From Edaphobacter aggregans (GTDB lineage: Bacteria > Acidobacteriota > Terriglobia > Terriglobales > Acidobacteriaceae), in contig NZ_RSDW01000001.1 of the NCBI RefSeq assembly GCF_003945235.1, forward strand, positions 4,110,001 through 4,142,000: a stretch of DNA of 32,000 nt, written 5' to 3'. The translations under genes and the position numbers were made by a program. The stretch's first letter is position 1; each line of letters starts with the position of its first letter. Shown piece by piece: positions 27,210 through 32,000 of this stretch. The notes under the pieces are model-generated. The model was not told the origin of the DNA. It searched no databases and saw nothing but the letters and a program-made list of their open reading frames with translations.

Positions 27210-28468
27210 CGCATCCTCACTCGCACACTCTCAGCATGCCCAACCAAACCCTCAGCTTCAGCCAGTGCAATCGCATGAGGCCCCATCTTTCGCAGCCCCT
27301 TGCGCGTGTACTCCTGCACCGTGATCACCTTCACAAAGTCCGCCACACTCAACCCACCGCGGACACGTCCCACACGTCCTGTAGGCAAAACATGATTCGG
27401 CCCCGAGACATAATCTCCCATAGACTGCGGAGCATATGCCCCTACAAACACACTCCCCGCATTCCTAATCCACTTCAAATCCGCCGCAGAATCCACAGTC
27501 AAGTGCTCCGGAGCCAGTCGATTCGTCAATTCCCGAGCGTCTGCAACCGTAGCAGTTACAAATATGCAACCCTGCGCCGCCAAAGACTGCTTCGCAATCG
27601 CACTCCCCTTAGCCTGCGCCTTCACTTCACCCAAAACAGCCTCGGCCAGCGCTGCATTGCTAGTAATAAGCACAGCCAATGCCTCAGGATCATGCTCCGC
27701 CTGAGCCACCAGGTCCGCCGCAATCCCAGCCGCATCGCCCGTCTCGCTCGTAACGACAATCTCCGTAGGCCCAGCAGGCATATCGATCCCGCACTCGCTC
27801 GAAACAATCGTCTTCGCCGCAGTTACAAATAGATTTCCCGGTCCCACAATCTTATCGACGCGCCCAACGGTCTCGGTCCCATAAGCCATGGCCGCAATCG
27901 CCTGAGCCCCACCCACCCGGTAAAACTCAGTCACTCCAGCAAGCCACGCCGCAGCCATCGTCTCCTTCGCAGGCTTCGGCGAACAAACCACAATCCGCTC
28001 CACGCCCGCCACCTGGGCCGGAGTCACTGTCATCAACAGCGTAGAAGGCAGCGGATACCGCCCACCCGGAACATAACAACCCACACTCCCCAGCGGCCGA
28101 ACGATCTGCCCCGTCTTCACTCCATCCGCTGGCTCAAACGCCCACTCCTTCGGCAACTGAGCCTCAGCAAACGCCAGAATATTCCCTCGCGCCACCATCA
28201 TCGCCGCCTGCAATTCAGGAGCCGTAGCCTCCCATGCCGCCCGCATCTCTTCACGCGAAACCAGCAGTGCTCCACCCTTCGTCAGCCCATCGAACTTCGC
28301 GGCATACCGCATCAACGCAGCATCCCCACCCTTACGAACATCCGCAAGAATCCGTCGCACAACGGGTTCCACCTTGGCCGTACTCACAGCACCACGCTGC
28401 TCGATCTTTTCAATCAAAGCTGCCGCAGCCTTAGCGCTCCGTCCAAACGTCTTAACCAGCTTCATCAA
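27206..28468 (-). CDS. hisD: Histidinol dehydrogenase
   Basis: The product is 420 aa. Motifs YVPGGRYPLPSTLLM, AQAEHDP and GDYVSGPNHVLPT are present. It overlaps hisC by ATGA. Confidence 0.95.
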   Translation of the reverse strand: MMKLVKTFGRSAKAAAALIEKIEQRGAVSTAKVEPVVRRILADVRKGGDAALMRYAAKFDGLTKGGALLVSREEMRAAWEATAPELQAAMMVARGNILAFAEAQLPKEWAFEPADGVKTGQIVRPLGSVGCYVPGGRYPLPSTLLMTVTPAQVAGVERIVVCSPKPAKETMAAAWLAGVTEFYRVGGAQAIAAMAYGTETVGRVDKIVGPGNLFVTAAKTIVSSECGIDMPAGPTEIVVTSETGDAAGIAADLVAQAEHDPEALAVLITSNAALAEAVLGEVKAQAKGSAIAKQSLAAQGCIFVTATVADARELTNRLAPEHLTVDSAADLKWIRNAGSVFVGAYAPQSMGDYVSGPNHVLPTGRVGRVRGGLSVADFVKVITVQEYTRKGLRKMGPHAIALAEAEGLVGHAESVRVRMR

Positions 28469-28482
28469 CAGACTCCGTAGAA

Positions 28483-28560
28483 CTTAACACCGATAAGCAC
28501 CGATCAAACCAATCCAATCGTTTTTTGAAATCGATGTCATCAGTGCAAATCGGTGTTAAG
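28483..28560. repeat. 78-bp imperfect inverted-repeat element built from ACCGAT/ATCGGT units, in the hisG-hisD spacer
   Basis: Perfect 12-bp termini are CTTAACACCGAT (28483-28494) and ATCGGTGTTAAG (28549-28560). The inner arms GCACCGAT and ATCAGTGC also pair. The right half matches the ATCGGTG-triplet copies A and B. Confidence 0.85.
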
Positions 28561-28573
28561 CCTTTCGATCAAC

Positions 28574-29455
28574 CTAAATAACAACCTTACTCAGCGGATA
28601 CTCCACAATCCCCGTCGCGCCCACAGCCTTCAGCTTCGGAATCACATCCCGCACCAGGCTCTCATCCAGAATCGTATTCAGCGCAACCCACTCCGGGTCG
28701 CTCAAATGCGAGATCGTGGGAGAGTTCAACGCCGGCAGCACACCCACTACAGCATCCAGATCAGCAACGCGAGCATTCAGCATCAGCCCAACGCGCCCCT
28801 GCGCCGCAATCGCAGCATTCAGCATCAGCGAAATATTCTCAATCTTCTTCCGCTTCCACTCATCCTTGAAAGCGCCCTTATTCGCAATCAGTTGCGTCTC
28901 GCTCTCCATCAGAGTCTCAATAATCCGCAGCCGATTCGCCCGCAACGAAGACCCCGTCTCCGTTACCTCAACAATCGCGTCAGCCAGCGTAGGAGGTTTC
29001 ACCTCCGTAGCACCCCAGCTAAATTCAACAGTCACCGGAATATTCTTCGAAGCAAAATACCTCTTCGTAAATTCAACCAACTCGGTAGCGATAATCTTCC
29101 CCGCCAAATCCTCGGGCTTCTGAAACGGCGAATCCTCCGGCACAGCGAGCACCCACTTCACCTTCTGCCGGCTCTGCTTCGAGTACGTAAGACTCGTCAC
29201 ATATTCAACATCGTGCTGATTCTCCATCACCCAGTCATTCCCAGTCAGCCCAGCATCCAGCGCCCCATGCGCCACATACCGAGCCATCTCCTGCGCCCGC
29301 ACCAGCATGCACTCAATCTCTTCATCGTCGATAGAAGGGAAGTAGCTCCGCCCATTCGCGAAGATCCTCCACCCAGCCCGCTCAAACAGCGCCACCGTAG
29401 CATCCTGCAGGCTGCCCTTCGGAATCCCCAGCTTCAACTTTTTCGTCTCGCTCAT
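28574..29455 (-). CDS. hisG: ATP phosphoribosyltransferase (long form with C-terminal regulatory domain)
   Basis: The 293-aa product begins [23 protein letters not shown]. Its length is consistent with HisG-long, so no HisZ is needed. Confidence 0.95.
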   Translation of the reverse strand: MSETKKLKLGIPKGSLQDATVALFERAGWRIFANGRSYFPSIDDEEIECMLVRAQEMARYVAHGALDAGLTGNDWVMENQHDVEYVTSLTYSKQSRQKVKWVLAVPEDSPFQKPEDLAGKIIATELVEFTKRYFASKNIPVTVEFSWGATEVKPPTLADAIVEVTETGSSLRANRLRIIETLMESETQLIANKGAFKDEWKRKKIENISLMLNAAIAAQGRVGLMLNARVADLDAVVGVLPALNSPTISHLSDPEWVALNTILDESLVRDVIPKLKAVGATGIVEYPLSKVVI

Positions 29456-29805
29456 TTCGTCTCCGTCTCAATCTTCTTCGTAAAGCAGCTCACCGTACCT
29501 TCGTGGCACACCAGCCCATCGCCCTCAACCTCAACCTTGAACAGCAATGCATCGTTGTCACAATCGGTCGAAGCCTCAATCACCCGCAGCCGATTCCCAC
29601 TCGTCTCGCCCTTCATCCAAAGCTTGCTCCGCGTCCTGCTCCAGAACGTCACAAACCCGGTCTCCAGCGTCTTCGCGTAGCTGGTTTCGTTTAGAAAACC
29701 CAGCATCAGCATCTCGCCCGTCTTCGCATCCTGCACGATCCCCGGGACCAGCCCATCCATCTTCGCAAAATCGATCTTCACAGCATCTGCCATCACAATC
29801 TCCAT
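29452..29805 (-). CDS. hisI: Phosphoribosyl-AMP cyclohydrolase (monofunctional HisI, no HisE domain)
   Basis: Motifs [18 protein letters not shown] and DCDNDALL are present. The start was chosen at ATG 29805 (AGGAC upstream); ATG 29793 is the alternative. The track TTG at 29820 lies inside the terminator U-tract. Confidence 0.9.
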   Translation of the reverse strand: MEIVMADAVKIDFAKMDGLVPGIVQDAKTGEMLMLGFLNETSYAKTLETGFVTFWSRTRSKLWMKGETSGNRLRVIEASTDCDNDALLFKVEVEGDGLVCHEGTVSCFTKKIETETK

Positions 29806-29820
29806 TTCGTTGTCCTGCAA

Positions 29821-29865
29821 AACACAAAGAAAAAGGCCCGCTCGCGGTTAGCGCGTTAGCGGGCC
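29821..29865 (-). terminator. Intrinsic terminator of the his attenuator
   Basis: The minus strand reads GGCCCGCT-AA-CGCG-CTAAC-CGCG-AGCGGGCC (8 bp plus 4 bp). It is followed by TTTTTCTTTGTGTT. It sits between the leader ORF stop and the hisI start. Confidence 0.85.
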
Positions 29866-29926
29866 TTTCAGAAGTCCTTAGTAAGCGTTCGTTACTTCGC
29901 CACACCGGACACAGCCGCCAACACGC
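29851..29926 (-). promoter_or_regulatory. Candidate antiterminator pairing of the his attenuator
   Basis: GCGTGTTGGCGG (29926-29915, leader codons 17-21) is complementary to CCGCTAACGCGC (29862-29851). The pairing has 10 Watson-Crick and 2 G-U pairs, plus one further A-U. It occupies most of the terminator 5' arm, so the two helices are mutually exclusive. Confidence 0.6.
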
Positions 29927-29975
29927 TCTCCGCATGATGATGGTGATGCCCGTGATGGTGCTTCACGAAATTCAT
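29892..29975 (-). CDS. hisL: his operon leader peptide (27 codons, 8 His within 9 consecutive codons)
   Basis: The minus strand reads ATG AAT TTC GTG AAG CAC CAT CAC GGG CAT CAC CAT CAT CAT GCG GAG AGC GTG TTG GCG GCT GTG TCC GGT GTG GCG AAG TAA. An in-frame ATG GAG extension starts at 29981. The ORF is below the ORF-track length cutoff. Confidence 0.8.
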   Translation of the reverse strand: MNFVKHHHGHHHHHAESVLAAVSGVAK

Positions 29976-29984
29976 CTCCATTTC

Positions 29985-30013
29985 AGCCTAACTTTCACGC
30001 CCGCATAAGTCAA
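29985..30013 (-). promoter_or_regulatory. Candidate sigma70-type promoter of the his leader (TTGACT - 17 nt - TAGGCT)
   Basis: TTGACT is at 30013-30008 and TAGGCT at 29990-29985 on the minus strand. The -10 match is weak. The implied transcript start would fall at or next to the leader ATGs, giving a possibly near-leaderless mRNA. Confidence 0.3.
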
Positions 30014-30127
30014 ATCGCGACGACGCATCCACCAATGAAATTCCCCGGAAAGGTCATTGACGACCTCGTTCCCGCTGCGTACCCTTCGGCAAGAAAGCAG
30101 TCAGCAGCTCTCAAGGAGACCCACCCC

Positions 30128-30442
30128 ATGCTCAAGCTTCGCCACAAAATTCTCGCAGCCGCTCTCCTCTTCACCTCCCCCATCTTCACCGTAGCCCAGA
30201 CCGCTCCCCCGACTCCCAAGACCCCCGCGCCAGCAGCCGCCACCGGCCTCCTCGACATCAACACCGCCAACCCCGACCAGCTCAAAGCCCTCCCGGGCAT
30301 CGGCGACGCCTACGCCAAGCGCATCATCGACAATCGCCCCTTCACCAGCAAAGACCAGCTCGCCAGCAAGGGCATCATCCCCCAGAAGACCTACGACGGC
30401 ATCAAGAACCTCATCATCGCCAAGCACGCGCCGTCCAAGTAA
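30128..30442 (+). CDS. ComEA-like helix-hairpin-helix DNA-binding protein (secreted)
   Basis: ATG at 30128 follows AAGGAG. A signal peptide is present. The motif LDINTANPDQLKALPGIGDAYAKRIIDNRPF is an HhH motif. The track start at 30035 was trimmed. Confidence 0.8.
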   Translation: MLKLRHKILAAALLFTSPIFTVAQTAPPTPKTPAPAAATGLLDINTANPDQLKALPGIGDAYAKRIIDNRPFTSKDQLASKGIIPQKTYDGIKNLIIAKHAPSK

Positions 30443-30467
30443 CCAAAACAATCTCTGCCACACCCAC

Positions 30468-30503
30468 AAGGCTGACTGCTACCATGCAGCCAGCCTTTGT
30501 CTT
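30468..30503 (+). terminator. Candidate intrinsic terminator after the ComEA-like gene
   Basis: The hairpin is AAGGCTGACTGC-TACCAT-GCAGCCAGCCTT (7 + 4 bp with one A-C mismatch). It is followed by TGTCTT. Confidence 0.5.
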
Positions 30504-30514
30504 GCCATCTTCCT

Positions 30515-32000
30515 ATGCTGCAACGATCGGCTCGCCTCCAATATCTCCTTCTCGCAATCGTGGCGTTCTTCGCGCTCACGCACCTCTACCTGGGTTTCAA
30601 GCAGAACTTCTATACCCAGGCCAACGGCCGCTACCTCGCTCGCGTACCCTTCTTCGGTAACACTCGCGGAGCCACCCTCACCTCCCTTTTGCCCGAGGCC
30701 ACAGCCGCCGGACTCAAGGCAGACGACACCATCCTCACCGTGAATGGCCGCCCCTTCACCGGCAACATAGTCCTGTCGCAGGAAGTCCGTCACAGCCAGC
30801 CAAACCAGCTCCTCGACGTCACCTTCGTCCGCCCCGGCAACTCCGCACCGTCGCACGCGAGCATCGTCCTCGCGCCCATCCACACGCAGGCCACTACCCT
30901 CTGGGGCTGGATCGTCCTCACCGTCATCTCCCTCCTGGCCGCCTTCTGCCTCTTCACGGGTCTCTACGTCGTTCTGGCGAAACCCCGCAACCCGCACGCC
31001 TGGCTCATCCTCGGCATACTAGGCTATTTCGACGCTCTCTTTGTCTCGCCCTCCTCGCTACACGGCCCGCTGGTGCCCATCGCCATTATCTGGTCCGTGA
31101 TATCGCAGACCGCCATGCCCCTCTGCCTCATGGGCTTCGGCATCTACTTCCCCGATCGGTCGACGATCGACATCCGTTTCCCCTGGATCAAGTGGCTCTT
31201 TGTCCTTCTCATCGTTTCGCTCATGCCGTTCGATATGTTGCAGTTGTTCGGTCACAACTACAACTTCGCCCTGGTGCGCTGGTTAGACCCCTATCTGAAC
31301 CGCATCTTCGCCATCGATACCATCGCCAGCTTCCTCGCCATCTGCTACTTCTTCATCTGCCTCCTCCCGCGAATCCGCACCGCCACCGGCGACGCTCGCC
31401 GCCGCCTTCGCATCCTCTACCTCGGAACCTCCATCGGCCTCGCACCATTCTTCGTCCTCCTCTTCATCGCTATCGTCCGCAAGACCGACGTCGGCGCGGC
31501 CATGCCCGAGTGGATCGTTCTCACCATCGTGGGAATCCTCTTCCTCTTCCCCCTCACCCTCGCCTACGTCGTCGTCGTCCAGCGCGCCATGGACGTCCGC
31601 ATTCTCATCCGACAGGGCACCAAATACTTCTTCGCCCGCCAATCCATCGTCATCGTCTCCATCCTGCTCACCACTTGGATGGCCTACAACATCAGCCGCT
31701 TCTTCTCGAGCTCCGGCCACCACCGCGTCGTCGACGTCGTCCGCATCTTCGGTATCATCGCCCTCTTCTTCGCCTTCCGCTTCGTCTTCTCCAAACGCCT
31801 TCAGCAAAGAATCGACCAGCGCTTCTTCCGCGAGGCCTACTCCACCGAGCAGGTCCTCTCCGAAATCTCCGACGAAGCCCGAACCTTCACCGAGGTCGCC
31901 CCACTCCTCAACACCATCACCCAGCGCATCGGCGACACCCTCCACGTCGACCGTATCGCCGTCTTCCTTCGCTCCGGCGACACCTACCACCTCCAGCTAG
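30515..32000 (+). CDS. Membrane sensor protein, N-terminal part (PDZ domain, multiple TM helices, start of a GAF-like domain); 3' end off-window
   Basis: The frame is open from ATG 30515 to the window end. It is absent from the track because it has no stop. The translation reads MLQRSARLQYLLLAIVAFFALTHLY...AAGLKADDTILTVNGRPF...(about 8 hydrophobic helices)...EARTFTEVAPLLNTITQRIGDTLHVDRIAVFLRSGDTYHLQL. The strong C-ending codon bias matches other plus-strand genes. The output domain is unknown; SpoIIE/PP2C is only a guess. Confidence 0.75.
   Translation, partial: MLQRSARLQYLLLAIVAFFALTHLYLGFKQNFYTQANGRYLARVPFFGNTRGATLTSLLPEATAAGLKADDTILTVNGRPFTGNIVLSQEVRHSQPNQLLDVTFVRPGNSAPSHASIVLAPIHTQATTLWGWIVLTVISLLAAFCLFTGLYVVLAKPRNPHAWLILGILGYFDALFVSPSSLHGPLVPIAIIWSVISQTAMPLCLMGFGIYFPDRSTIDIRFPWIKWLFVLLIVSLMPFDMLQLFGHNYNFALVRWLDPYLNRIFAIDTIASFLAICYFFICLLPRIRTATGDARRRLRILYLGTSIGLAPFFVLLFIAIVRKTDVGAAMPEWIVLTIVGILFLFPLTLAYVVVVQRAMDVRILIRQGTKYFFARQSIVIVSILLTTWMAYNISRFFSSSGHHRVVDVVRIFGIIALFFAFRFVFSKRLQQRIDQRFFREAYSTEQVLSEISDEARTFTEVAPLLNTITQRIGDTLHVDRIAVFLRSGDTYHLQL

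Noticed and set aside
28553-29680. 375-aa ORF on the plus strand spanning hisG/hisI
   Set aside because: It is antisense to two high-confidence his genes. Its product is rich in R, L, P, Q, H and N with no domain-like sequence. It is a shadow ORF.
30479-31990. Acidic minus-strand ORFs (30479-30997, 31058-31255, 31283-31990)
   Set aside because: They are antisense shadows of the long plus-strand PDZ/TM/GAF gene (30515 to the window end). The track omits that gene because it has no stop in the window. The shadow translations are runs of D, E, G and A.

Overview
The gene content looks like an Acidobacteriota (Terriglobia-type) chromosome. This assignment is an inference from the TIGR03436-like VWFA paralogs, the modular intergenic repeats and the composition. 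The window has five blocks.

(1) 1-4968 is an accessory edge. It holds the 3' part of a large DUF11/IPT-TIG surface protein gene and a low-GC stretch of decayed genes. It also holds a decayed large serine recombinase whose ancestral frame reads into a tRNA-Arg(CCG) gene on the opposite strand.

(2) 5.0-14.6 kb holds a DUF2911 gene and a minus-strand glycine-cleavage operon. The operon order is gcvT, MIase-like ORF, gcvH, gcvPA, orf114, gcvPB, orf90. A methylmalonyl-CoA-mutase catalytic subunit with two uncharacterised neighbours follows.

(3) 14.8-22.0 kb holds glgC, an outer-membrane beta-barrel gene, tatA, ppk2, an EamA transporter and a divergent pair of VWFA proteins.

(4) 22.0-30.0 kb holds a minus-strand histidine operon in the order hisI-hisG-hisD-hisC-hisB-orf94-hisH-orf93-ycxB-like-hisF-hisA. 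Three non-his ORFs are translationally coupled into it, and repeat elements fill two intercistronic gaps.

(5) 30.1-32.0 kb holds a ComEA-like HhH protein and the 5' part of a PDZ/multi-TM/GAF sensor gene that is missing from the ORF track.

The best finding is upstream of hisI and lies below the 60-aa ORF-track cutoff. It is a 27-codon ORF (MNFVKHHHGHHHHHAESVLAAVSGVAK) followed by a strong intrinsic terminator. The terminator's 5' arm is also complementary to leader codons 17-21. Together these form a complete ribosome-mediated histidine attenuator.

Many long track ORFs are antisense shadows caused by a strong C>G bias on the plus strand.
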